A DNA stretch of 55,828 nucleotides, taken from a virus (lineage: Duplodnaviria; Caudoviricetes). The first letter of the stretch is position 1. Every line of letters starts with the position of its first letter. The notes below the pieces were generated by a model that saw nothing but the letters and a program-made list of their open reading frames with translations, was not told the DNA's origin and did not search any database. The stretch lies in the IMG/VR virus record IMGVR_UViG_3300025168_011824, positions 1 through 55,828 of that record, one strand, 5' to 3'. The translations under genes were made by a program, and so were the position numbers. Below are positions 47,010-55,828 of the stretch, piece after piece.

Positions 47010-48789
47010 CTATTAAAAAGTCATCTATTATATTTGTTATCCCTGTTACTGACAGGTCTGATTCCGCTCTAATCTGTTTTTGAACGTAGAACGGAATAAT
47101 TTTACTTGGGTATTGAGCATTATTCATAAATGGATAATCTACTCCATACCCTCCTTCTATAAACCCTATTTCCCACAAATCTCTCCATCTCCAAGTTTTT
47201 TCTGGTTCCCAATATTCAGCCCAGTCAGGTATATTAATTACTTCTTGTGGGTCTCCAAATTCAATATATGTTGAGAACCTTCTAATTGGTACTTCGTGGT
47301 GTGGTTTATAAATATATCCTTTCTGCCCATCTATAGTGGTTTGACCCATCATAAAGACAGAGTTGTTCCACGAGAATTGGTGTTTTATTTCACTTATAAC
47401 TCTTTCTTTTAATTCTTCAGAATTATACTCACAAAAGTCTCCTCTTAGTAAGTCTCCAACTCTTAATTCAGTGCCTCTCATTAGTCCCGTACCACCTGGC
47501 AATATATCTACTATAGGCCCGGACGGTTGTGGGTCACCTATGTTTCCTCTTACAATATTAGGACCTACAGGTCCAAAAGGTAATGGTACACCTGCCGCGT
47601 CTCCAACACCACTAATAGAAGTATCCATAAATGTAAGTGGGAAATTCCACTCCCAACCGTATTTAGGTGGGTAATCAAAATAACCTAAATCGTTTCTTAG
47701 AAATACTGTTACAAATAAGTCGGTAAGTGGCCTTCCTAAATTATCCCTAAGGGTTTTTACATCTACATCTTGTGTAAAAGAATACAAATATGACGGATAA
47801 GAATTCTTAATTGAAATTCTACACTGTCCTAGAGGGGTTACCCTATCAATCTGTTTAATATCTGGAAAAACACCTTGTTCAAAACCACAATCATCTAAAA
47901 CTGCATTAGAAGCTTTAGTTAATATTTTATTTACTCTAACATAGTATTCAGAAATACTTTTAGGGTTTGCTTTATTAGTTTGTCTTTTCATTGTTCCCAT
48001 TGCAAAGTTAGGAAGTGTAGGAAACCCTATCACTGTACCTTGAGGGAGTAGTAAATTAAAGACTCTTTCTGAGGAATTTCTAGTTTCATCACCTATACTA
48101 TACACCGGAAAAGTATTATCTCTAAGAGTGTAAGTGGTCCCCTGACCGTTATCCATATTTAGTACCACGTATTCACCTGTGGTTAACCCATGTGGAGCGG
48201 AACAATAAAATCTAATCATATCCCTACCGTTAAGTGTTATTTGTTTTGTGTAAAAAGCGATTCCTTGATGTGCTAAAAAAGCTATTCCATTTGTTGTTGG
48301 GGATTCTTCTGCTTGGTACCACATTCTTTGGTCACTCATGCATTCAGCTGGGTAACTAAGGAACATGTTCCAATTGGTTGTTGTAGATACAAATTCATCA
48401 ACATCTTTTCTTTTAAAATCAAATTCTTGAAATTGTGGGTATCCTGGCCATGGTGTTGATGCGGTACCTCCTGAAGTGTGTAGATAATATAATTGTTGAA
48501 ATAATAGTGTTGTAAATCCACTGGAGCTGGAAGTTGTATCTGTATTTATAGCTAACCCACCATAATCATTATCTACAAAAGGTGATATTTTACCGTACAC
48601 CCTATAATTACTTATATTTTGTCTCTCATCATTGAACCTTTCATTAATATTCAAATTTACTGTTCTATCTCCTTGTATTAAAGGCCTAGAAGTGTCGTTA
48701 AGTGAAACTTGAAAAGTTAAATCTTCTTCAGTTGCACCAGCAAATTTCTTACTTGGTATTACTTTTAGTATGTTTTTTCTATTTCCCAT
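46996..48789 (-). CDS. putative virion structural protein (597 aa)
   Basis: In the baseplate operon; contains an APHGLTTGEYV motif typical of small beta-barrel domains in tail proteins. Confidence 0.7.
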   Translation of the reverse strand: MGNRKNILKVIPSKKFAGATEEDLTFQVSLNDTSRPLIQGDRTVNLNINERFNDERQNISNYRVYGKISPFVDNDYGGLAINTDTTSSSSGFTTLLFQQLYYLHTSGGTASTPWPGYPQFQEFDFKRKDVDEFVSTTTNWNMFLSYPAECMSDQRMWYQAEESPTTNGIAFLAHQGIAFYTKQITLNGRDMIRFYCSAPHGLTTGEYVVLNMDNGQGTTYTLRDNTFPVYSIGDETRNSSERVFNLLLPQGTVIGFPTLPNFAMGTMKRQTNKANPKSISEYYVRVNKILTKASNAVLDDCGFEQGVFPDIKQIDRVTPLGQCRISIKNSYPSYLYSFTQDVDVKTLRDNLGRPLTDLFVTVFLRNDLGYFDYPPKYGWEWNFPLTFMDTSISGVGDAAGVPLPFGPVGPNIVRGNIGDPQPSGPIVDILPGGTGLMRGTELRVGDLLRGDFCEYNSEELKERVISEIKHQFSWNNSVFMMGQTTIDGQKGYIYKPHHEVPIRRFSTYIEFGDPQEVINIPDWAEYWEPEKTWRWRDLWEIGFIEGGYGVDYPFMNNAQYPSKIIPFYVQKQIRAESDLSVTGITNIIDDFLIDGCE

Positions 48790-48792
48790 AAT

Positions 48793-51700
48793 CTAATCTA
48801 AAGGTGGCATATAACCATTAACAAATTTATCATAAGCATTATTTCCTTGGTATAACCCGAAATAATAATGGTAGTACCCCATTGATACTTCAGAACTAGA
48901 TGGTATAAGGTCCGGAATAGGTCCTGTTGGTGGGACAATTATTGGTCCTGGTTGTGCTTTATTTACCACTAGGCTCATTGTTGAGTTGTCGGCAGCGTCC
49001 CAATTATTATTCCTATCCCCAAAATTAACATTAGTTTTTTTCCATGGATAGTATGGTATTACTTGTGAATACGCATACCCCCCACTCTGACCCATTAATT
49101 TACTTCTTAAATCCATACTGTCAACCTTCATTTCTTTCTTAGCGTATAAATTGTTGATATTAGGGTCAATTATTGCAGGTGGTAATGGTCCATAGTTTGG
49201 GTCTGTTGGGTAATAAAAAGGACTTTGATACTTAAAAATAGACATTTCATTATTAAAAGATACTGCTTGTGCAATATCCCCATCTAGTAGTCTATATTGA
49301 CCACCACTAATACCAGCACTACTAGCTTTTAGTTTTCTCTTGTTTCTATTAGGTGAACCTCCAGTTGCTGGAAAACTAAATGTTTGCCATGACCTATTAC
49401 CTCCAAACCAGTTATTAACTCCCGCAAATTGTATTTCACTCCAATTATAATTCATTAATTTTTGGTTAATAAAGTAATCTAAAATTCCTGCTGGAGATTG
49501 AGCTGAAGAAGATTGTAATTTGTCTACAAAAAAATCATTATCCAATTCACTATCACAATCTATACAAGAATTATTGGTGGTTAAATCTTCAAATGTTCCT
49601 AACTCTAATATTGTGGTTGGATAATTTATTCCCTTGTAAAACAATCTGTAGTTTATGGTTGCACTTCCACCATTTTCTGGTTTTTCGTATTGGAATAGTC
49701 CTCCCGCTGTAGGATTTGATGATTGAAACAGTCCCGTGGTTGGATTATAGGGACAACTTCTATAATAATATTCGTTAGGGTTAGTAAAACCGTCATCGGG
49801 ACCTACTATAATGTCTCTACAAAAATAATCTGTTGTGGTCTCTGTAAGTGTGGATGGGTCTGTAGTTTTTATTTTTTTATTGTCAAATCTAAAATGGTAT
49901 AAAGTACCTCTAATCCAAGAAGCCCAGAATCCCATATTAAATATTCCTTGACATAATCCATTATATATATTTTTCCTTACTCTCCATTCATTAAGACCAA
50001 AGAATATAACCGCAAGTCTAAGTAATAGGAAAACCGCAATTGCTATGGTAAAACCATCTATAATAAGACCTAATAAAATACCACTTAATGCTGCTCCAAC
50101 CCCAGGTATCCATGCGGCCGCAGCTCCAATTGCTATCATTGTCCATATAGCTGTTGTAAAAGATGCTTCTAATCCAGACCCATCATAACTAATAGTATAA
50201 CATCCCGCCATACTTGTTTTATTTTCACCATCATCTAAATCTTCACCATGTTCTTCACTGTAATATAATTTATTACTTTGTTTTAACGCTGGAATTTGAC
50301 AATTGGGGTCATCCACTAGTGGGTTACCTGAAGCTTGCTGAATGTCACCCGCCCCCCAAATTCCTGGAAAATCCATATCAAAAAACGAACCACAATTACA
50401 ATCTTCACATTCTTCATATTTGGTTAGTGGTAATCTATACTTCATAGAAGTTACTGCCCCTACCAACATTTTTGTCATAGTTATCGCAATAGCCACTTGT
50501 ATTAAAGCAAAAGCAAATGAACCTACCGCACTTAAAATTGAACCTATGGGAAGTAAAGCTCCTAAACCAAGCACAATATTTAGTATTGAAGTCATTTGAT
50601 TAGCCAAATCATTAACCGCGAATGCAATATACATTAAAAGACCATATGTTTCAAAAACCACCATTACCGCTAGAAGAATGTACGGTACAAATATGGATAA
50701 AACGGTTAAAAATAATGTTAATTGGGTTATAAGGAAAATAAAGGAACCTCCTCTAAACCCATCATTTGCAGGAAATTCTTTTATACTTCCACTACAGTCT
50801 ACTTCTTTAGCTGGATTGGTACTCTTTATCCCTATAAAGTCCCATCTATTTCTTTTAGCCCCATAACCACTATGTACCGTACCCCTACCTGGGATGTCGG
50901 CACTGTCTGCTCCTGAATCAAAAGGTGTTTGAGCATAATCATTTCTATAAAGGTCTATGAATTGGGTTAATGTATATACCCTGTCCGGAAACATTTCGTA
51001 AAAATAATCTTCACCTAAGAATGCTGGTGAGGATAAAAAGTTGGTACATTTTGCCGCTGTAGTAGTGTGTGAAGCATTCGGGTAATCTAGTAAGTCTTCA
51101 CTAAACGCGTAACTTCCAATAAAATCTGAGGTATATTCTCTAATGTTTGGTACTAGGTATTTTCCTTTACGGGTACCTGATGATGTTTCACTATCAAAAC
51201 TAATTCTAAATCTATATTTTCCCCTTGTAGGTACCCCTATTGCTGGGTTGTCTGATATTTGTTCATTTCCATATTCATCCGTATAAACATAATCTAAGTT
51301 CATCGGTACTTTTGCCACAAATGAACCAGTTCCGTCTATATTATGTAAATTAATTTTTTCTAGTTTGGGTCTACATGAACAATCTGGATTTTCTTCATCA
51401 CCAGATTCGAATACTGTAAATCGTATAGCTTCTATTTTACCACTACCGGTAGTTAATTTACATACATCTCCTTGGGTTTTTCCAGGACCACACTGCCACC
51501 CTAAACTACCACTATTATCATCACTAATAATACTACCCATAAATAAAGCGTTGGGTCTAAATTCAACATTAGAATCCCTCAAATCGAAATCTACTCTAGA
51601 TATACCAGAATTACACATTTCATCATCACCCCAAAATGAAACAGATTCTACAGTTTTATTTTGAATTACTATTTGTGGTAGTGTATCTAAATTTTCTGAC

Positions 51701-52305
51701 TCATTGAATATTGCGGAATTTTTAAAGTTTTCTATTGAGACACCTTGTGAAACAAAATCGAATGGTTTCATAGAGTAACATCCAATGTCACTTACGTCTA
51801 CTGACATATGCATTTGATGAATACCTAATGGTACACCCCAAATCATGTAGTCACCATTTTCATTGGTTTTTGCTGTAAATTTATAGTATTTCTCAAATAC
51901 TTCTAATTTAAGTGGGTTGGATATGGTCTCTTCTGCTGTTAAAAAACTTCCAGTGGGTGTGTGTCTATTATGTTGTTTAGTGGTAGGTAAAAGATTATAT
52001 CTATACCCTTCTTCATTTTTATCTGTAACATCTTTAAAAGGATACATAGCTGTTATTGCGTCATCCTGTTCATCTTCTGAGGTTAAAGGAATGAAAATAG
52101 AAAGCTTTGCATTTGGTACACCCAATCCACTATTTGCGACCACTCTTCCAACAACAACTCCGTAATCTGCACACATTCGAGCATACACTTCTGATTGGGT
52201 CAATTTGAGACTCAAAATTTCTAAAAGGTCAAAGTCTTGTTGCAAGTTTACTTTTACAAACTTATCTTCACCTACTTTTGTTCTTATTCTAAATGATTTG
52301 GGCAT
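48793..52305 (-). CDS. baseplate-module protein (1170 aa) with prealbumin-like N-domain and central hydrophobic helices
   Basis: GVVVGRV...GVPNAKLSI...TNENGDY...GVPLG; two long apolar blocks around CEDCNC. Confidence 0.75.
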   Translation of the reverse strand: MPKSFRIRTKVGEDKFVKVNLQQDFDLLEILSLKLTQSEVYARMCADYGVVVGRVVANSGLGVPNAKLSIFIPLTSEDEQDDAITAMYPFKDVTDKNEEGYRYNLLPTTKQHNRHTPTGSFLTAEETISNPLKLEVFEKYYKFTAKTNENGDYMIWGVPLGIHQMHMSVDVSDIGCYSMKPFDFVSQGVSIENFKNSAIFNESENLDTLPQIVIQNKTVESVSFWGDDEMCNSGISRVDFDLRDSNVEFRPNALFMGSIISDDNSGSLGWQCGPGKTQGDVCKLTTGSGKIEAIRFTVFESGDEENPDCSCRPKLEKINLHNIDGTGSFVAKVPMNLDYVYTDEYGNEQISDNPAIGVPTRGKYRFRISFDSETSSGTRKGKYLVPNIREYTSDFIGSYAFSEDLLDYPNASHTTTAAKCTNFLSSPAFLGEDYFYEMFPDRVYTLTQFIDLYRNDYAQTPFDSGADSADIPGRGTVHSGYGAKRNRWDFIGIKSTNPAKEVDCSGSIKEFPANDGFRGGSFIFLITQLTLFLTVLSIFVPYILLAVMVVFETYGLLMYIAFAVNDLANQMTSILNIVLGLGALLPIGSILSAVGSFAFALIQVAIAITMTKMLVGAVTSMKYRLPLTKYEECEDCNCGSFFDMDFPGIWGAGDIQQASGNPLVDDPNCQIPALKQSNKLYYSEEHGEDLDDGENKTSMAGCYTISYDGSGLEASFTTAIWTMIAIGAAAAWIPGVGAALSGILLGLIIDGFTIAIAVFLLLRLAVIFFGLNEWRVRKNIYNGLCQGIFNMGFWASWIRGTLYHFRFDNKKIKTTDPSTLTETTTDYFCRDIIVGPDDGFTNPNEYYYRSCPYNPTTGLFQSSNPTAGGLFQYEKPENGGSATINYRLFYKGINYPTTILELGTFEDLTTNNSCIDCDSELDNDFFVDKLQSSSAQSPAGILDYFINQKLMNYNWSEIQFAGVNNWFGGNRSWQTFSFPATGGSPNRNKRKLKASSAGISGGQYRLLDGDIAQAVSFNNEMSIFKYQSPFYYPTDPNYGPLPPAIIDPNINNLYAKKEMKVDSMDLRSKLMGQSGGYAYSQVIPYYPWKKTNVNFGDRNNNWDAADNSTMSLVVNKAQPGPIIVPPTGPIPDLIPSSSEVSMGYYHYYFGLYQGNNAYDKFVNGYMPPLD

Positions 52306-52319
52306 AGATTACTTTAACA

Positions 52320-52328
52320 GATAAATAT
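52320..52328 (-). promoter_or_regulatory. putative late promoter ATATTTATC
   Basis: 14 nt upstream of ATG 52305. Confidence 0.6.
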
Positions 52329-52378
52329 TTGTTCTGTCAAAATTAAAAGTAATATACACTACCTATTTGTAAATCTAA

Positions 52379-54217
52379 TTATGTGATGGATGGTTGGGAT
52401 AAAGTTTTAATCCTTATAGCTATATCTTTATTCGGTAACTTAACCTGAAATATCTGGTTAGGTTGTGCGAATAACGTACCGTCAATTAAGGCTATTTCTT
52501 TTGTAGATGCGTTTTTATAAGGCTGTGATACCGTATTTTCCGAGTAATCACCCCCTACTTTATTGATTAATCTAAGGTCTACTAAATTTATAACACCTGG
52601 TTGATTTACTATGTCTTTAGTTAGTTCACCAGTAAAAACATCTTTACCCATTTCTTTATTATCTGGACTAAAAAAAGTGGTAGTTTTATCAATTATGTTA
52701 GTTATAATGTCTGCTTGGTTATATCCTGGGTCTACTATTAAGTCCATTTCAACTGATAAATCAATTACTTCTGCTGACGTAACACTTATATAATCATTTA
52801 ACATTCGATAGTCTGATAAGTACTCTGCTATATTTTTCATCATCGTAGTACTAACTTTAGATGTTAGTGAACCATCTTCAGAATAAGACAATAGATTTAT
52901 AAAAATCTTATTTTCTATCTCCATTACCCCTACTTTTGCTGGTGCACCAAAAACACTAGGCATTGTTTGTATTCTAGAAATATAATCATTTACTGTTACA
53001 GCTCTTTGTTGTGCGGAAAAATTAAACGAAATATAATTTCTTATTTCTTCTACACTAGGTTGGTTTGCACCTCCAATTGCTGAAGTTACATTATTAACAG
53101 TTAAAGAGTCTCGTACAGCTGAATTAATACTACTTATAGGTCCATTGATTGCAAAATCTATACTGGCTATCGTATTAACACTATTAGGTCCTACGTTAGT
53201 TCCTTTACCACCACCTACACGATACTGAATAAAAATAGTTGTGTTAGATTGAGGTGCTCTACCAAGTGATAAATTATTCATATATTGATTTAAATCTAAC
53301 TTATAACCTGTTGACGTTAAATCATCTAATGAGTCTTCAGCGGAACTACTTCCACCACCTAAAGTCATAAAAAAGAAACCTTCTGGGGTGTATTCACTAA
53401 TAAATCTTTGGTCTGTGTTTTGCCATCGTCCTATTTTAATTCCTGGTTTATCTGATTTTTTAGTACTATCTTCTACGAATACCTTATCTTGTACTAACGC
53501 TTCTACTTCGTACCATTTATTTGTTGCGTTTATAAAATCTGTATTTTTGGGTAAGGCTTGTATGCTGGTTCCGTCTTTTTGCATTACTGCTGTCACTCCT
53601 AAAATATTTTTTTCTGGTAAAAAAACTTTAAGGAATGGTTTAACATCCGTACTAGTTATTACTTTTTTAAATACTTTAGTTACTCCATTTACTACAACTT
53701 CTCTTTTAGTTATGGTGTAATTTATAACATTTCCGTTTGAGTCAAAATTAGGTGTTTTGGTTCTGTTTGGGAAACCTTTACTGTCGTAAGCACTTGCAAA
53801 ATCTACATCGTTTACTAGTTCGAAAACTTGTCCCCCACCTTTAAATTGTGAATTTCTACGTAATAGTCCTAGATATCTAGTGTTTTCCTTATCACCCATA
53901 ACTGGAACCGTAACGGAAAGGTCAACCACAGCTACTGAAGGTCTATTGCCGGGTATTTTAAGACCATAGGTTTTTGCTATGTTATATAGTGACGACCTTT
54001 GTTGTGCATACTCTAATACCGTTTCTTGTAGACTTCTATCTATGTGGTAATTAAGGTTATCTCCAATCGCAGCATTTAAATCTAATAAAACAGAAAAGAT
54101 TGAAGCGTCATTAGCGTTTTGGATTAGTTCTGGATATTGTTCTCTGACGTATTTTAACAGGTCGGTTCTTAGTCCAACAAAATCTCTGTCTGTGTATGAT
54201 ATTTTATTATTTGCCAC
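52379..54217 (-). CDS. baseplate wedge subunit (T4 gp6 / baseplate J-like)
   Basis: YTDRDF..., QETVLEYAQQRSSLYNIAKTYG, YRVGGG, GG...EEIR, QQRAVTVNDY. Confidence 0.9.
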   Translation of the reverse strand: MANNKISYTDRDFVGLRTDLLKYVREQYPELIQNANDASIFSVLLDLNAAIGDNLNYHIDRSLQETVLEYAQQRSSLYNIAKTYGLKIPGNRPSVAVVDLSVTVPVMGDKENTRYLGLLRRNSQFKGGGQVFELVNDVDFASAYDSKGFPNRTKTPNFDSNGNVINYTITKREVVVNGVTKVFKKVITSTDVKPFLKVFLPEKNILGVTAVMQKDGTSIQALPKNTDFINATNKWYEVEALVQDKVFVEDSTKKSDKPGIKIGRWQNTDQRFISEYTPEGFFFMTLGGGSSSAEDSLDDLTSTGYKLDLNQYMNNLSLGRAPQSNTTIFIQYRVGGGKGTNVGPNSVNTIASIDFAINGPISSINSAVRDSLTVNNVTSAIGGANQPSVEEIRNYISFNFSAQQRAVTVNDYISRIQTMPSVFGAPAKVGVMEIENKIFINLLSYSEDGSLTSKVSTTMMKNIAEYLSDYRMLNDYISVTSAEVIDLSVEMDLIVDPGYNQADIITNIIDKTTTFFSPDNKEMGKDVFTGELTKDIVNQPGVINLVDLRLINKVGGDYSENTVSQPYKNASTKEIALIDGTLFAQPNQIFQVKLPNKDIAIRIKTLSQPSIT

Positions 54218-54675
54218 TATAAATTAATTATTATAAAATCTTTAGTTTCGAACGCACTACTAGTAGTGGTGAAATCAACTCTTACTTTAGCTGTATATTC
54301 TTCTGCTGCAGCTCCTGACACTCTAAATACTCTATCATCGTTTGTATTTACTAAAGTACCTTCACTTTCTTCAGCTTCTTGAAGAGGTGTTACTTGTATA
54401 CTATCAATTCTAAGGTTAGGTATGTATTTGTCAACCTGTTCTCTTATCTCTGCCTCAATAGAATCGAACGTTGGGGTGTCCATTGGTTCGAAAATGTATT
54501 CGTATAGACGAGTTCCAAAATCAGGTAAAAAATACCTCATACCTTTCCTAGTTAGGAGTAAGTGGATTAAATCGGCTTTAATCTCATCTTCTGGAGTGTC
54601 TGTTAAATCAAACATGTACCCCAATCTACTCTTATTTAAAGGAAAATTTATCCCATATGTTCCGAATTCTGGCAT
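54217..54675 (-). CDS. baseplate wedge/sheath initiator (T4 gp25 / GPW family)
   Basis: GINFP...IKADLIHLLLTRKGMRYFLPDFGTRLYEYIFEP. Confidence 0.92.
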   Translation of the reverse strand: MPEFGTYGINFPLNKSRLGYMFDLTDTPEDEIKADLIHLLLTRKGMRYFLPDFGTRLYEYIFEPMDTPTFDSIEAEIREQVDKYIPNLRIDSIQVTPLQEAEESEGTLVNTNDDRVFRVSGAAAEEYTAKVRVDFTTTSSAFETKDFIIINL

Positions 54676-54688
54676 TATAAGTTTTTTA

Positions 54689-54697
54689 TATAAATAC
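54689..54697 (-). promoter_or_regulatory. putative late promoter GTATTTATA
   Basis: 13 nt upstream of the gp25 ATG, at the head of the tail module. Confidence 0.65.
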
Positions 54698-54705
54698 TTC
54701 TAAGA

Positions 54706-54921
54706 TTAGTTTATTGTGGTATTGTTTATTATAGTATTACTCTTACTTGGTTGGTAAGCACAGTGTCTACAATTACTACCACAACAATATCCTCTTTTTT
54801 TGTGGTAGTCTTCAGTCATAACCATTTTACCATCTTCCCAGTAAAAATCTGTAGGTTCTAATTTTGGTTTTACAAATTCTTTATAATATAGTTCTTCAAT
54901 CCAGTCGTCTTTCCTTTTCAT
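54706..54921 (-). CDS. small Cys-rich protein (DUF5522-like)
   Basis: VMTEDYHKKRGYCCGSNCRHCAY. Confidence 0.8.
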   Translation of the reverse strand: MKRKDDWIEELYYKEFVKPKLEPTDFYWEDGKMVMTEDYHKKRGYCCGSNCRHCAYQPSKSNTIINNTTIN

Positions 54922-54923
54922 TA

Positions 54924-55828
54924 TTACCCCTCAGTTTCACTCAATTCTTCTATTTTATTTAAGTCAACATCTATTTCACAAGTCCCCCCAGCACACGCTA
55001 ATTCACCAGTTAAATTTGTATTGTCATCTAATTCAACAACTTTAGACAAATCTATATCCTTCAATGATTTCATCATCTCATAATATTTTTCTTCAGTAAT
55101 ATCTTCAAACGGTGCTTGTGTATACGTCCCACCATTATAAGGTAAAACAGAAAGGCCATTATAAGATTTTCTATTTTCCCACATCCACTCTCCTGCTGCA
55201 TTCCATTCATGACCTCTCAATGAAATTGTTGCGGACACGTTGTGTGAGTTTGAACCATTTCTGTGACCTGCTTTTACCCACTCTGTAGCGACTTTTTTAA
55301 CTCTTTCTAGTAGTTGGAAAGGTGACTCTGTTCTCATTATAGAACCTTCTGGTGCTTTTTGTGGTATACTAATTACCGCTGTATCGTGTGGTCTAAAGTA
55401 TTCGTCTTCTACCAATTCTGGATGGTTATTTAATAAATAAGTGTAAATAGCTTCATTCTTACCAACCCTAACTCTTCTAATATAATAATCATTATGCCAA
55501 GCGTGAATACCTGATGAAGTTCCTAATGTTAATGAAGTTGTTCCTGCAGGTTTAACTGTTGTACATCTTGCTGATTGGTTTATCCCTATTAACTTTGCAA
55601 CTCTTGTATTTTCTCTTTTTACTAGACTGGCCGCCTTTGACATGTCATAGTTTAATACTTTTCCAGAACCAATTCCGGTCATTGAGACACCTATTAGAGC
55701 ATCTCTTTCGGTTGTTTGTTGCCATATTTCTCTTAGATAGTGGAATGAGGTGTATCCCGCTTGTAGTGTACCTATAAATGACGCAACCTTAACTCTCTCA
55801 TTTAGGTCTTCTTGTGATTCTATGTTTG
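54924..55828 (-). CDS. nrdJ: class II (adenosylcobalamin-dependent) ribonucleotide reductase, 3' part
   Basis: The frame stays open to the right edge (…GTLQAGYTSFHYLREIW…ALIGVSMTG). It has TTVKPAGTTS, HNVSATI, YTQAPFE and the C-terminal CAGGTC pair. Confidence 0.92.
   Translation of the reverse strand, partial: NIESQEDLNERVKVASFIGTLQAGYTSFHYLREIWQQTTERDALIGVSMTGIGSGKVLNYDMSKAASLVKRENTRVAKLIGINQSARCTTVKPAGTTSLTLGTSSGIHAWHNDYYIRRVRVGKNEAIYTYLLNNHPELVEDEYFRPHDTAVISIPQKAPEGSIMRTESPFQLLERVKKVATEWVKAGHRNGSNSHNVSATISLRGHEWNAAGEWMWENRKSYNGLSVLPYNGGTYTQAPFEDITEEKYYEMMKSLKDIDLSKVVELDDNTNLTGELACAGGTCEIDVDLNKIEELSETEG

Noticed and set aside
18446-54675. Bacterial contractile injection system (eCIS/T6SS) rather than phage
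   Set aside because: The module is contiguous with primase, SbcCD, resolvase, RNR and sigma in phage-style packing, and gp6/gp25 are T4-like.
788-55777. Numerous plus-strand ORFs in the track (e.g. 13637-14263, 39634-40044, 53388-53720) and short nested minus ORFs
   Set aside because: They are shadows of well-supported genes with antisense-like composition; only 2148-2780 and 11676-12155 occupy their own space.
1-55828. Stop-codon reassignment as in some huge phages
   Set aside because: Genes are full-length and tightly packed under code 11; TAG, TGA and TAA all end genes at sensible positions.
1-55828. CRISPR array, tRNAs, IS elements, introns/inteins, DGR template-variable repeat pair
   Set aside because: Intergenic gaps are nearly all under about 120 nt. 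No repeat-spacer pattern, cloverleaf, transposase, reverse transcriptase or near-identical DNA duplication was visible by eye.

Overview
This AT-rich window is almost entirely coding on the minus strand. It reads as part of a large (jumbo/huge) myovirus-type phage genome, most likely infecting a Bacteroidota host. The host call rests on a perfect TTTG-N20-TAnnTTTG promoter, no obvious Shine-Dalgarno sites, a Bacteroidota-type RpoD sigma factor, an Hc1 histone-like protein and SprB-like repeats. In transcription order (right to left) it contains: the 3' end of a class II ribonucleotide reductase; a ~36 kb baseplate/tail module (gp25, gp6, a 3012-aa wedge-like protein and several Cys/Ser/Thr/Gly-rich appendage proteins); a replication/recombination block (RuvC-like resolvase, primase, PD-(D/E)XK nuclease, SbcD, SbcC); a sigma factor; a putative lysis operon; acidic putative head proteins; and small genes ending in DnaJ and a cysteine synthase. 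Three ORFs missing from the supplied track were translated by hand: cysteine synthase, Hc1 and a 48-aa CxxC membrane peptide. The most unusual signals are: a strongly reiterated (S/T)-(G/A)-x-T motif confined to some tail proteins (a candidate virion modification sequon); a HiPIP-like 4-Cys motif in a tail-module protein; a multi-helix hydrophobic protein next to gp6; a spanin-like pair with no lipoprotein; and a three-class promoter architecture. No tRNA, CRISPR array, mobile element or stop-codon recoding was seen. All family assignments are from motif recognition by eye, with no database searches.
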